Below are positions 9,954-20,103 of a stretch of DNA of 64,000 nucleotides, in pieces. How positions within the stretch are numbered: position 1 is the first letter of the stretch; each line of letters begins with the position of its first letter. The notes beneath the pieces were generated by a model. That model searched no databases and had not been told where the DNA came from. It saw only the letters and a program-made list of their open reading frames with translations. A program made the translations under genes and the position numbers. The DNA comes from a virus: IMG/VR virus record IMGVR_UViG_3300037237_000386, positions 1-64,000 of that record, one strand, 5' to 3'.

Positions 9954-12938
9954 ATGACGATTCCTATCTGGCTGAAGAACATGAACCCGGAGCAGGTGCA
10001 GGCAATCGAGCATCAGGACGGGCCGTGCGCCCTCCTCGCGCAGGCGGGCTGCCATCGCGCGGGAACCGAGATCCTGATGGCGGACGGGAGCATCGAGTCG
10101 GTGGAGGACGTGCAGGTTGGTGACTTCCTCATGGGACCGAACGGGGTGGAGCGGAAGGTGCTCGGTCTCTGTCGTGGTGAAGGGCAGATGTACAGGGTCG
10201 TCCCGGTGAAGGGCGAACCGTTCGTCGTGAACGAGGACCACGTGCTGACGCTCGTCGAGACGAGCACGGACGCGGTGACAGATGTGAAGGTGAGCGACTG
10301 GCTGGAGTGGTCGGAGTACAGCCGGAAGAATCACAAGCTCTTCCGAGTCGGGGTGACGCGGTTCAGCGGCACTTGGGACCGGAGGTGGCCGGTGGACCCG
10401 TACTTACTCGGTGTTCTCCTCGGGGACGGGAGCATCGTGCGTTCGGTGGGAGTGACCACGGTCGACCCGGAGTTGCAGCGGTACGTGCGCCACATAGCGG
10501 AGGTGTACGGGCTCGCCGTGAGGCAGGACGGCGATGGAGGTTCCACGACGACGTGGACGCTGACCGCGCGCAACGGAGAGGGACAGGGACCGGGTCGCAA
10601 CCCCATCGTGAACGGGCTGAAGGAGTTGGGTCTCTACGGGTGCAAGAGTGGGACGAAGTTCGTTCCGGATTGCTACCTGAGAGCGCCGGTGGAGACGCGA
10701 CTGGAGGTGCTCGCCGGGCTGATGGACACGGACGGGAGCCTCAGCGGAGGAGGGTTCGACTACATCACGAAGTCACCCAGGCTTGCCGCGGGTGTGTTCT
10801 TCCTCGCGAGGAGTTGCGGGTTTGCTGCGTACGTGACCGAGTGCTGGAAGCAGGACCAGCATGGGACGGGAGGCATGTACCAGCGCATCTCGATCTCGGG
10901 CGACATGTCGACACTGCCGACCATCGTGGCTCGGAAGAAGGCAGCCCCGAGGCAGCAGAAGAAGGACGTGCTTCGGACAGGCGTAACGCTGGAGCGGCTC
11001 GGGGTGGAGAAGTTCTACGGCTTCACACTCGACTTCGACGGGCGGTACGTGATGGGTGACTTCACCGTCACACACAACAGCGGCAAGACGCGCGCGCTCG
11101 TGCACCGCATCGCCCGCATGGTGGAGCAGGGCACGCCGGCACGCCGCATCCTCGCCGTGACCTTCAGCAAGAAGGCAGCCGACGAGATGAACGAGCGCCT
11201 GGACAAGCTCGGCATCGACGACGCGCGCGTGGGCACGTGGCACTCGCTCTGCCTGCAGATCCTGCGCGAGGACGAGACGGCGTGGGCGGAGTGGGACCGG
11301 AGCGACGAGGCCCAGGCGAAGGTGGGCGGGCTCCTGAAGGAGGCTCTCGGCTTCAAGCACCTGAACTGGCGCGAGGCGGACGCGGGAGCCGTGGAGCGGT
11401 ACATCGGCTGGTGCAAGGCGCACCTGGCGGACCCCATGAGCGAGGTGGCACAGGAGCTGGCGGAGGAGAAGTTCGAGACGGCGCGGGAGGCGGAGCTGGC
11501 GATGCGCGCCTACGACGTCTACCAGCGGCTCGTGGAGGAGAAGAACATCCTCACCTACGACGACTTCCTCGTGTTCGCGCACCGGCACCTCGTGAAGGAC
11601 GAGGAGGCCCGGCTGAAGTGGGCGAGCAGATGGACGCAGATGCTGGTCGACGAGGCCCAGGACAACAATCCGGCGCAGAAGGCGATGCAGCACCTGCTCG
11701 CGAAGGAGCACCGGAACCTGATGCTGGTGGGCGACGTGGCGCAGTCGATCTACGGCTTCCGCGGCAGCAACCCGGCGTTCCTCGCGGGCTTCGCGGCGGA
11801 GTGGGGCGGGACGACGGTCATCATGAACCGGAACTACCGGAGCGGCCGGGCCATCGTGAACGTGGCGAACAAGATCATCGCCTCGGCGGCGGTGCGCCTG
11901 CCCACGGACATGCTCGCGGAGCGGGACCACGAGGGCACGGCGCGCGCGCTCGGGCACACGGACCAAGACGCGGAGGGGGAAGCCTTCGCGCAGTGGGTGC
12001 TGGAGATGAGCACGGACCATCAGCCGCTGAGCAGCATGTGCGCCCTCTTCCGCACGAACGCGCAGAGCCGGGCGCTGGAGGAGGCGTGCCTGAAGCACCG
12101 CATCCCGTACGTGGTGGTCGGCGGGACGAGCTTCTACGAGCGGCGCGAGGTGAAGAACCTGCTCGCGTACCTGCGGGTCGCCACGGGCCGGGACAAGGAT
12201 GGGGACGCGGTGAAGCGGTGCATCAACACGCCGTTCCGCTTCCTCGGCACGGCCTTCGTCGAGCGGATGATGGACGCGGCGGCGGGCAAGAAGGTCAGCA
12301 ACTGGCCGGCGCTCGCGCGCAAGGTGGCGGAGCAGGCGGGCATCCAGACGCGGCAGCGCGCGAGCGTGCAGGAGTGGGCGAACCTCCTCGAGCGCGTGGG
12401 CGCGAACATCGCGGCGGGGGAGGCAGCGTTCCAGGCGGAGACGGCGCCCGTGCCCGAGGCCCGCCCCGCGGCAATCCTGAACGAGTTGGTGGAGCGCACG
12501 GGCTACCTGAAGTACTTGGAGCGCGAGCAGGGCGTGGAGAGCGTCGAGAACAGCCACGCGGCGAACGTGCGCGAGATGGTGCGCATCGCGGAGCGGTTCG
12601 ACACCGTGAAGGATCTGCTCGACTACATCGAGGCGATGGCGAAGGCGGCGAAGAAGCAGCGCGCGGACGGGCAGGCGGGCGGCGAGCGCGTCCTTCTGAT
12701 GAGCGTGCACCGGAGCAAGGGCCTGGAGTGGGCGAACGTGTGGGTCAACGGCTGCAACGAGATGGTGCTGCCGCACGTGCGCGGCGACATCGAGGAGGAG
12801 CGCCGGCTGATGTACGTGGCCGCCACACGAGCCCGGGACAACCTGGTGCTCAGCTACGTGCGGCAGTTCGCGCGCCCCGAAGGGATCAAGGAAGCGCAGC
12901 CGAGCAGGTTCCTCCGCGACGCCGGGCTGGTGGCGTGA
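9954..12938 (+). CDS. uvrD: UvrD/PcrA SF1 helicase containing an intein
   Basis: AQAG|SGKT, VDEAQD, VGDVAQSIYGFRG, NYRS, HRSKGLEW, EERRLMYVAATRA. Confidence 0.93.
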   Translation: MTIPIWLKNMNPEQVQAIEHQDGPCALLAQAGCHRAGTEILMADGSIESVEDVQVGDFLMGPNGVERKVLGLCRGEGQMYRVVPVKGEPFVVNEDHVLTLVETSTDAVTDVKVSDWLEWSEYSRKNHKLFRVGVTRFSGTWDRRWPVDPYLLGVLLGDGSIVRSVGVTTVDPELQRYVRHIAEVYGLAVRQDGDGGSTTTWTLTARNGEGQGPGRNPIVNGLKELGLYGCKSGTKFVPDCYLRAPVETRLEVLAGLMDTDGSLSGGGFDYITKSPRLAAGVFFLARSCGFAAYVTECWKQDQHGTGGMYQRISISGDMSTLPTIVARKKAAPRQQKKDVLRTGVTLERLGVEKFYGFTLDFDGRYVMGDFTVTHNSGKTRALVHRIARMVEQGTPARRILAVTFSKKAADEMNERLDKLGIDDARVGTWHSLCLQILREDETAWAEWDRSDEAQAKVGGLLKEALGFKHLNWREADAGAVERYIGWCKAHLADPMSEVAQELAEEKFETAREAELAMRAYDVYQRLVEEKNILTYDDFLVFAHRHLVKDEEARLKWASRWTQMLVDEAQDNNPAQKAMQHLLAKEHRNLMLVGDVAQSIYGFRGSNPAFLAGFAAEWGGTTVIMNRNYRSGRAIVNVANKIIASAAVRLPTDMLAERDHEGTARALGHTDQDAEGEAFAQWVLEMSTDHQPLSSMCALFRTNAQSRALEEACLKHRIPYVVVGGTSFYERREVKNLLAYLRVATGRDKDGDAVKRCINTPFRFLGTAFVERMMDAAAGKKVSNWPALARKVAEQAGIQTRQRASVQEWANLLERVGANIAAGEAAFQAETAPVPEARPAAILNELVERTGYLKYLEREQGVESVENSHAANVREMVRIAERFDTVKDLLDYIEAMAKAAKKQRADGQAGGERVLLMSVHRSKGLEWANVWVNGCNEMVLPHVRGDIEEERRLMYVAATRARDNLVLSYVRQFARPEGIKEAQPSRFLRDAGLVA
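10050..11078 (+). mobile_element. Intein (343 aa) with LAGLIDADG endonuclease, inserted in the UvrD Walker A
   Basis: Starts CHRAGTEILMADG, ends VTHN before Ser; LLGVLLGDGS and LAGLMDTDGS. Confidence 0.93.
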
Positions 12939-13177
12939 TGAACAACGAGTCCGGCGCGGACGAGCTCCGCAAGATCGTGAACGTCCTGAACAACACGCGG
13001 GAGAGCGCCCTCGACGGGCACACCGCGGAGCGACTCATCCAGCTGGTGCGGGCGTGCCGGGCGAGCCCCTGGGACCTGACGCCCGACATGCTGACGCTGA
13101 ACGAGGCGACCTACGCGAGCAGGACGGGGAAGCTGTCGGCCGCGTGCGTAGCGCGGCTGACGAAGGAGTTGGGGTGA
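12938..13177 (+). CDS. Hypothetical protein
   Basis: TGATG coupling. Confidence 0.5.
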   Translation: MNNESGADELRKIVNVLNNTRESALDGHTAERLIQLVRACRASPWDLTPDMLTLNEATYASRTGKLSAACVARLTKELG

Positions 13178-13578
13178 TGGTGAAGCCCAGGCGCGCGGAG
13201 AACCTGCAGGAATCGACCGAGCGGCTCAACCGGCTGCTCGCGAAGGCGGAGGAGATATTCAGCGCCGCGAACGCAGAGGACGGGGCGACGGCGCAGGTGG
13301 AGCTCGCCCCTTTCCTCAGCTCGGGCAAGGGCGGGGCGCGGCTCCACTGGAAGCGACACGACAGCACGTGGGGCTTGTGGGTGGAACGACAGGGGACCGA
13401 TGTGCTGGTGCGCCTCGCCAAGGTAGCGCGCCACGTGCGCGTCCTCGCGGCGAGCAAGCTGGAGGCCCTCTTCGACGCGCTCGCGGACGAGCAGCTCGCC
13501 CAGGGCGATGACGTCGCCAGGGCGGTGCAGGACGCGGAGGCGTTCGTCGAGGAACACGAGGGACCCACGAGCGCCTGA
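13177..13578 (+). CDS. Hypothetical protein
   Basis: TGATG coupling; stop abuts a palindrome. Confidence 0.55.
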   Translation: MVKPRRAENLQESTERLNRLLAKAEEIFSAANAEDGATAQVELAPFLSSGKGGARLHWKRHDSTWGLWVERQGTDVLVRLAKVARHVRVLAASKLEALFDALADEQLAQGDDVARAVQDAEAFVEEHEGPTSA

Positions 13579-13579
13579 G

Positions 13580-13595
13580 GGAAACCCGGGTTTCC
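13580..13595. repeat. 16-bp palindrome, copy 3
   Basis: Exact; 21 nt upstream of TTTACA. Confidence 0.95.
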
Positions 13596-13616
13596 CCCGG
13601 GGCGAGTAGAAAGCGG

Positions 13617-13645
13617 TTTACAAGTATCGCGGTAGGGAGCAGATT
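13617..13645 (+). promoter_or_regulatory. Putative promoter of the sigma-like gene
   Basis: TTTACA-17nt-CAGATT; spacer AGTATCGCGGT is shared with the promoter at 35958. Confidence 0.55.
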
Positions 13646-13686
13646 GCAGGACCCGGGCGCAACCGGGATCACGGAGGCCGAAGGCC

Positions 13687-14343
13687 ATGGGACACCCGGT
13701 GTTGGAGCGTGGATTGTTGGCGGTGCGTGACGGACGCGAGACGTTCGACAGCTTCGCGAGAAGGACGATGCCGCATTGGGAGCGGCTGGCGCAGTACATC
13801 CTCCGGCGCTGGAGGCAGCCGGCTTGGGTGAGCGACGCGGACGTGGTGCAGGACCTGCTCGTGGCCGCCTACGACGCCGTCTGGACGTACGATCCGAGCA
13901 AGGGTCCGACCATCGAGGGGTACGCCGTGTACTCGGCCGTCGATCACGCGAAGAAGCGGGCGCACAAGGCGCGCGGTGCCAAGCTCCACCGGACCGCGGA
14001 CCGGAACCCGAGCCGGATGGAGCTGGGGACGGTCACTCTTTGGGGCGAGGACGCTCCCAGGCGCGTCGAGGAGGCGCTGCAGCAGGAACCCACGCAGGAG
14101 GACGCCCTGACGCAGCGGGAGGCCCTCCAGAGGGCGCTGGCGGTGTGCAGGAGCGAGGGGGAGCGGTGCGTCATCCGGACGCTCGCCCAGGCGGCGGACC
14201 TCGTCGAGGGAGCCATGATGCTGTACGCGGACCCGGAGGCGAGGCTAGCGTGCCGGCTGCTCAACGAGACGCACGCGGCACGCGTGACGACGGAGGTTGT
14301 GCTGGAGGTGGCTGAGCGGCTGCAAGATGGGGCCGCGGCTTGA
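13687..14343 (+). CDS. Phage sigma70-like factor (region 2)
   Basis: DADVVQDLLVAAYDAVWTYDPSKGPTIEGYA resembles sigma region 2. Confidence 0.65.
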   Translation: MGHPVLERGLLAVRDGRETFDSFARRTMPHWERLAQYILRRWRQPAWVSDADVVQDLLVAAYDAVWTYDPSKGPTIEGYAVYSAVDHAKKRAHKARGAKLHRTADRNPSRMELGTVTLWGEDAPRRVEEALQQEPTQEDALTQREALQRALAVCRSEGERCVIRTLAQAADLVEGAMMLYADPEARLACRLLNETHAARVTTEVVLEVAERLQDGAAA

Positions 14344-14413
14344 GGGCAGGACGCCCGGGAGCCGAGGTGGCGACCGGGTGAGGACGAGGACGAAAGACGG
14401 AGGCGCGAATCAC

Positions 14414-15583
14414 ATGGGAACAGCGGCGGCGAAGAAGCAGGAAAAGGGAACGGTCATCAACGGGGTGCTCCTCGACAAGGCGAAGGAGGCCATCATCCTC
14501 AAGTCGCTGAAGGCGCAGAAGCTGGAGGGCAAGAAGGGCGAGCCGCTGGATACGCTCGTCATGCGCCTGGCGATGCACTTCAAGGAGAAGGGCAATGGCA
14601 CGGACGACGATCCGAAGGAGCTGATGGAGTGCGATGCGGAGGCGGGTGGTTGTGGAGGCGGGAGCTTCCGCGAGCTGGCGGCGTGCCCCTTCTGCGGGAT
14701 GGTGAACGACGACGCGGGTAGCGGCAGCGGCAGCGACAGCAAGGACGACCGTCCGAGCACGCCCAGCGCGCTCGCGGGCACGAACCCGAAGGCGCAGGAG
14801 CCCGAGGCGGCGCGGAAGACGAGCGCCATCGCGAGTGCGAAGAAGCTCGACGAGGCGGTGGCCGAGGTGCAGCGCCTGAAGGGCGCGTACGCCGGGAGCA
14901 ATTGGGACCTCGGCAAGAAGGTGCTCGAGATTTTCACGGAGGGCACGTGGAAGCTGCGCCTCGACGACAACGGCAAGGCGCGGTGGAAGGGGTTCGACAG
15001 CTTCTGCCACGCGGAGCTCGGTCTCTTGCCGAATCAGGCGTTCGACGTGATGGACCTCGCCAAGAACTTCACGCGTGAGCAGATGCTGACGCTCGGCAAG
15101 GCGAAGCTGAAGCTCATCGCGCAGGCGCCCGAGGAGGACAAGCAGAAGCTCCTGGAGCAGGCAGCCAAGGGCGGCAAGGACGGCAAGGGCGCTACGAAGC
15201 GCGAGATCGAAGCCGAGGTGCGGCGCATCAAGAAGGAGAAGGGACACCGTCGCGCGAGCCGCGGCGGCCAGGCGAAGGGCAGCACTACGGCGGGCGCGGG
15301 TGGTGGCAGGAAGCCCAAGCCGGCGGAGGACAAGGTCACGGTCAGCCAGATGGTGGGCAAGGTCACCGTCAAGCTGTTCCAGAAGCCGGCGAACGTGAAG
15401 AAGTTCGACCCGAAGGAGCTGAAGCGGGCCAAGACGGTCGGCAAGGTGCCGTGGGGTCGGAACGTGCTGCTGAACGGCGTCGTGCAGTCGTTCACGGTGC
15501 GGGAGAACGGGGCCGGGGAGCTGGAGCTCGTCGTCGAGACGGCGCGCGAGGAGGCACCCGAGCCGACGAAGGCGGCGAAGTAG
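14414..15583 (+). CDS. Basic putative DNA-binding protein with Zn ribbon and HTH-like segment
   Basis: RBS GGAGG; CPFC; WDLGKKVLEI...FDSFCHAELGL; Lys-rich. Confidence 0.55.
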   Translation: MGTAAAKKQEKGTVINGVLLDKAKEAIILKSLKAQKLEGKKGEPLDTLVMRLAMHFKEKGNGTDDDPKELMECDAEAGGCGGGSFRELAACPFCGMVNDDAGSGSGSDSKDDRPSTPSALAGTNPKAQEPEAARKTSAIASAKKLDEAVAEVQRLKGAYAGSNWDLGKKVLEIFTEGTWKLRLDDNGKARWKGFDSFCHAELGLLPNQAFDVMDLAKNFTREQMLTLGKAKLKLIAQAPEEDKQKLLEQAAKGGKDGKGATKREIEAEVRRIKKEKGHRRASRGGQAKGSTTAGAGGGRKPKPAEDKVTVSQMVGKVTVKLFQKPANVKKFDPKELKRAKTVGKVPWGRNVLLNGVVQSFTVRENGAGELELVVETAREEAPEPTKAAK

Positions 15584-15585
15584 TC

Positions 15586-15759
15586 GTGGGAGCGAGGCTC
15601 AAGGTCGTCAAGGGGAGGGAGACGAAGCAAGAGCGCGAGGACAGGGAGGCAGACGAAGCGGTGGAGGAGGTTGTTCGCGTCTGCCTCCGGATGAGTGGGC
15701 GAGGACGGCTGGAGTACCTCGCGTCGCTCATTGATTCCGTCGCAAGGCGGGCGCGATGA
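15586..15759 (+). CDS. Small hypothetical protein
   Basis: Fills the gap; coupled to the next gene. Confidence 0.4.
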   Translation: MGARLKVVKGRETKQEREDREADEAVEEVVRVCLRMSGRGRLEYLASLIDSVARRAR

Positions 15760-16040
15760 GCGACGACATGCCGTGCACGGCGTGCGACGGACACGGGCGC
15801 GTGCCCCTGAGCCAGGAGTTGCAGGACAGCCTCGACAAGGTGCGCGAGGGCGGTGTGGAGACGGCGGAGGACCTCTGGAAGACGATGGCGAAGGGGTTGT
15901 GGAAGACGGCGGCCGTCAATCGTCTGGAGAGGCTCCGCACGCTCGGGTACTTGGAGCGGACGAAGCGAGGCCGCACGTGGCATTACTCCGCGAGGACCGC
16001 GGCGCAGGTGGTCGAGGTGAAGAAGCGACAGCGGCGCTGA
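15756..16040 (+). CDS. Small winged-HTH-like protein with CxxC
   Basis: CTACDGHG; AVNRLERLRTLGYLERTKRGR. Confidence 0.55.
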   Translation: MSDDMPCTACDGHGRVPLSQELQDSLDKVREGGVETAEDLWKTMAKGLWKTAAVNRLERLRTLGYLERTKRGRTWHYSARTAAQVVEVKKRQRR

Positions 16041-16063
16041 CGCGCGCCAAGACGGGCGTCATC

Positions 16064-19000
16064 ATGGGAGACGTGTACGGCGCCGGGTACGTGAACGGGT
16101 ACGTGGATGGGAGCAGGGTGACCCTGCTCTCGCGCGGGGCAGGCGGCAGGCTGCAGCGCAGCCAGGTGCCCGCGGAGCACGTCGCCTACTTCCGCAAGGA
16201 CGAGCTGCCGCCGGAGCTGGAGAAGCTCCTCCTGCGGAACTGCGCCGGCGCGAAGCTCGAGGACGGCGGGTGGATGCGGTTCGCGCTGCCCGAGCACGTG
16301 CGCCGCAACGTGTGCATCGAGGACGTGTGGAAGAACGCCAGCGGCGAGAAGCGGGACAACCCGTTCGCGGCGGTGCCTAGCTACGAGGGAGACGTCGACC
16401 CGGTGCGGCGGTTCCTGACGGACAGCAAGGCGACCGTCGCTCGGCCGAGGCGCGCGTACACGGACATCGAGACCGACTCCAGGGTCCCCTTCAACCGGAA
16501 GCACGAGATGCGCGTGCTCAGTTGGGGGCTGCAGGCGCACGACACGGGCGAGATGCGCGTGGGCGTCCTCCAAGCCGACACGGACGGTGCGGAGGCGGAG
16601 CTGCTCGGGCAGTGGTGGGAGGCGATGGAGGAGTTCGACCAGGTGGCCGCCTGGAACGGGGGCGAGGCGGACCCCGACGGCGACGGGTTCGACTTCCCGG
16701 TCATCATGGCCCGCTCGGAGCACGTGAAGCTCCGTGGCGTGGACCCGAGGAGGTTCCTCTACGTCGACCAGCTGGAGGCGTTCCGGCGGATGAATCAGCA
16801 CGCGTCGGAGAGCGGCGAGGAGAAGCAGAGCATGAAGCTCGACTCCATCGCGCACATCCTCCTCGGCGCGGGCAAGGACGACTTCGACGCGAGCCACACG
16901 TGGGAGGCTTGGGCGGCGGGAGGACCCGAGCGCAGGCGCCTCGTGAAGTACATGATGCGGGACGTCGACTTGCTGCGGCAGATCGAGCTGAAGACGCAGT
17001 TCCTCGATCTCTTCTCGACGCTCTGCGGCGTCTTCCACATGTTCGCGGACACGCGAGGGCTGAACCCGACGCAGCAGGTGGACGCGTACATGCTCGGGTT
17101 CCTCCGCGAGCGCGGACTGCACCGCCCGACGAAGAAGCGCATCGAGAAGGGCGAGAAGTTCAAGGGCGGGTACGTGATGAACCCGCCGCGCTTCGTCGGC
17201 GTGGAGAAGGACATTCACGTGGCGGACTTCGCGGGGATGTACCCGAGCATCATCCGCTCGTGGAACATGAGCCACGAGACGAAGGCGGCGAACGCACCGG
17301 TGAACGGGCCCGTGCCTGAGGGGTTCTGCCGGTGCCCCAAGACGGGCACGAGCTTCACGACGGCGGAGGAGGGGCTGCTCAGCATCGCGGTCGGCAACCT
17401 CATCGAGAACCGGAAGAAGTACCGGAAGCTGAAGGCGAGCCTGGCGCCGGGGTCGCCGGAGTTCGCGGACGCGGACCGCCTGAGCGACTCGTACAAGGTG
17501 GCCACGAACATCTTCTTCGGGGTCGTGGGCAGCCCGTTCAGTCCCTACTTCGACAAGCAGATTGCGGAAGGCATCACGCAGAACGGCGTGTGGCTCATCG
17601 AGCACACCATCGCCGCGGCGGAGAAGCGCGGGTGGTTCGTCGGCTACGGCGACAGCGTCACGGGGGATCGAACTGTCGTCTTACGCTCGCCTGCAGGAAG
17701 GACCGTCATCAAGCCGGTGGAGGAGGTGTTCGAGGACGGGTGTGACGTGGTGCGCGCACGCGACAAGGAGTTCGTCTTCATGCAGGGGTGGGAGGCACTC
17801 GCCCGAGACGCGAAGGGTCGCGAGGGCTGGTATCCGCTGACGCAGGTTGTCCGTCATCGCACGTGCAAGGAGCTCGTGCGCATCTCGACGAAGCGCGGCG
17901 AAACGGAGGTGACGAGTGACCATTCGATCATGTCCGGCGGACGCGAGGTGAAGCCCGACGAGTTCCTGGCGGCAGGAGCGCGGTTCGAGAAGGTCGACGC
18001 CCAGGAAGGCAGGAAGCTAGAGCGTGTTGACCTGTTCGAGTACCTGACTGACTTCAAGGTTTCGTACGCGTCCCGAGGACGTGTGAGGGTGAAGGAGTTC
18101 TTCGTTACGGCGGACGGCGAGTGGGTCGGGTTGAGAATGCGAGGTTCGACGAAGCAGTACATCCGGCGGTTTTATGACGCGGGATCGGAGCGGTTCAGGG
18201 CGCTGCTGCGCGTGATGGGGGCGTATCTGGCCGAGGGGAGCGCGAGTATCCGCAAGCTGACGGCGACTCGTGACATGTTCTCTATCGGGCAGTCCGACCC
18301 GGACTGGCTCGCCCCGTTGCAGAAGGACTTGGCTTCGTTCACGCAGGGGGTTGAGACGGACCTGATGCCGACTGGGGGAGGGATGTGGGCAATTCGTTCG
18401 GGAGCCGCGCTGCTGCCGTACGCGTTCGCTGCACTCTGCGGATTCAGGTCGAGTGGCAAGCGGTTTCCGGACTTCGTGTACGACCTGGCGGATGACGACT
18501 TTGCGGAGATGAAACGTCCCATGGTGGAGGGGGATGGACACGTCGTGGAGCCGGACGTGTGGAGGAGCAGGGCGCTGCGGCGAAGCCCCGGGCACGAGTT
18601 CTCGTACACAACGAAGTCGCAGGTGCTGATGGCGGGGTTCTCGTATGCGCTGGACCAGCGTGGGTTCGAGCACGCGATCCACTACAGACCGGAGAAGCGG
18701 TGTTGGACGTTGAGGACAAGGCCGACGGGGACAGAGCGACCGAACAGGCAGCGGGTGCTCGTCTCGCGGCGGAAGGCTGAGGACGAGTGGGTGTACGACT
18801 TGACGGTGGAGGGGGCACACACGTTTGTCGATGGCATCGGTAGGGTGCTTCTGCACAACACCGACAGCATCTACGTGAAGGGACCGACGAAGGCGGAGTT
18901 CGAGGCGTTCACGAAGTGGTGCAACGAGGAGCTCTACCCGCCGCTGATGAAGCAGGTGGGGTGTCCGCGCAACGTCGTGAACTTGGAGTACGAGAAGGAG

Positions 19001-19945
19001 TTCGAGCGCATCGTCTTCGTCACGGCGAAGCGCTATGCCGGCTGGTACAAGCACTTCAAGGGCAACGCGCCGAAGGCGGACGCGAAGCCCGAGGTGAAGG
19101 GCCTGGAGTACAAGCGGGGCGACAGCACGAAGCTCGCGCGCGACCTGCAGGTGCGCGTCGTGGAGATGCTGATGAAGGGCGAGGAGGGGATGGAGGCGTT
19201 CCATGAGCTGCTCTCGCACGCGCGACAGCACGTGCTCGAGGACGCGCTGCCCCTGGCCGAGGTGGTGATGCGCAAGGAGCTCAGCAAGGCGCTGCGCGAG
19301 TACGCGGTGAAGAAGAAGAAGGACGGCGAGGACGCGGCGCAGTCGCCGCACGTGGTCGTGGCCAAGATGCTGAAGGCCCGCGGCCAGGACGTCAGTGCCG
19401 GCACACGCGTCGGCTACGTGGTGCTCGACGACGAGGCGGAGGACCCGGCGAAGCGGTTCATGCCGGAGGAGGACTACAAGGGCGAGTGCGACCGGCACTA
19501 CGTGTGGCAGTCGCTCGTCTACCCGCCGACGATGCGCCTCCTCGAAGCAGCGTTCCCCGATGCGGACGCGGTGAAGCATTGGGAGGCTTGGGCCAAGAGC
19601 CGCCCGAGCAAGAAGGCCCTGAAGGCGCTGGAGCAGGGGCAGGGAGCTCTCTTCAAGTCGGAGGAAACCCGGGTTTCCCCCACGGGTCTGCGGACGACAG
19701 CGCCTCCCACGCTGGCGAGCACTCAGCCTTACGAGGCGGTCGTCGACCAGGACAAGTTGGAGGCGGCCGGGGGCCTGGAGGTGCTGCTCGCGGTCGCGCA
19801 GCGGCATCCGGGCAAGCGGATGCTCAAGCTGCGGCTGCGTCTCGACACGGGGGCGGAGGCGGCGATGGACACGGCGGTGCGCGTGGATGGTGGCGGGGCG
19901 CTGGCGCGGAAGCTCGCCCTCTTCCGGCACGTTGCTGCGTCGTGA
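16064..19945 (+). CDS. polB: Family B DNA polymerase containing an intein
   Basis: Exonuclease DIETD and FDFP; DFAGMYPSII; KVATNIFFG; YGD|TDS; KRYAG; KGLE. Confidence 0.93.
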   Translation: MGDVYGAGYVNGYVDGSRVTLLSRGAGGRLQRSQVPAEHVAYFRKDELPPELEKLLLRNCAGAKLEDGGWMRFALPEHVRRNVCIEDVWKNASGEKRDNPFAAVPSYEGDVDPVRRFLTDSKATVARPRRAYTDIETDSRVPFNRKHEMRVLSWGLQAHDTGEMRVGVLQADTDGAEAELLGQWWEAMEEFDQVAAWNGGEADPDGDGFDFPVIMARSEHVKLRGVDPRRFLYVDQLEAFRRMNQHASESGEEKQSMKLDSIAHILLGAGKDDFDASHTWEAWAAGGPERRRLVKYMMRDVDLLRQIELKTQFLDLFSTLCGVFHMFADTRGLNPTQQVDAYMLGFLRERGLHRPTKKRIEKGEKFKGGYVMNPPRFVGVEKDIHVADFAGMYPSIIRSWNMSHETKAANAPVNGPVPEGFCRCPKTGTSFTTAEEGLLSIAVGNLIENRKKYRKLKASLAPGSPEFADADRLSDSYKVATNIFFGVVGSPFSPYFDKQIAEGITQNGVWLIEHTIAAAEKRGWFVGYGDSVTGDRTVVLRSPAGRTVIKPVEEVFEDGCDVVRARDKEFVFMQGWEALARDAKGREGWYPLTQVVRHRTCKELVRISTKRGETEVTSDHSIMSGGREVKPDEFLAAGARFEKVDAQEGRKLERVDLFEYLTDFKVSYASRGRVRVKEFFVTADGEWVGLRMRGSTKQYIRRFYDAGSERFRALLRVMGAYLAEGSASIRKLTATRDMFSIGQSDPDWLAPLQKDLASFTQGVETDLMPTGGGMWAIRSGAALLPYAFAALCGFRSSGKRFPDFVYDLADDDFAEMKRPMVEGDGHVVEPDVWRSRALRRSPGHEFSYTTKSQVLMAGFSYALDQRGFEHAIHYRPEKRCWTLRTRPTGTERPNRQRVLVSRRKAEDEWVYDLTVEGAHTFVDGIGRVLLHNTDSIYVKGPTKAEFEAFTKWCNEELYPPLMKQVGCPRNVVNLEYEKEFERIVFVTAKRYAGWYKHFKGNAPKADAKPEVKGLEYKRGDSTKLARDLQVRVVEMLMKGEEGMEAFHELLSHARQHVLEDALPLAEVVMRKELSKALREYAVKKKKDGEDAAQSPHVVVAKMLKARGQDVSAGTRVGYVVLDDEAEDPAKRFMPEEDYKGECDRHYVWQSLVYPPTMRLLEAAFPDADAVKHWEAWAKSRPSKKALKALEQGQGALFKSEETRVSPTGLRTTAPPTLASTQPYEAVVDQDKLEAAGGLEVLLAVAQRHPGKRMLKLRLRLDTGAEAAMDTAVRVDGGGALARKLALFRHVAAS
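17654..18859 (+). mobile_element. Intein (402 aa) in the PolB YGDTDS motif
   Basis: Starts SVTGD, ends LLHN before Thr; WVYDLTV block F; MGAYLAEGS endonuclease motif. Confidence 0.92.
19663..19678. repeat. 16-bp palindrome, copy 4 (in the PolB linker, read as ETRVS)
   Basis: Exact. Confidence 0.95.
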
Positions 19946-20103
19946 AGGGACCGGCGTGCCTGCGGTGTGGCAGGGGCCTCGACAAGGGCTACTGCTACCC
20001 GAGCGCCGCGTGGCTCGCGCGGAACCCGGCGGATCTCGGGGTGGGAGGGCACACGACGGACCCGGAGCTCACGAGCCACACGGCGCGGCATGACGCTTCG
20101 ACG

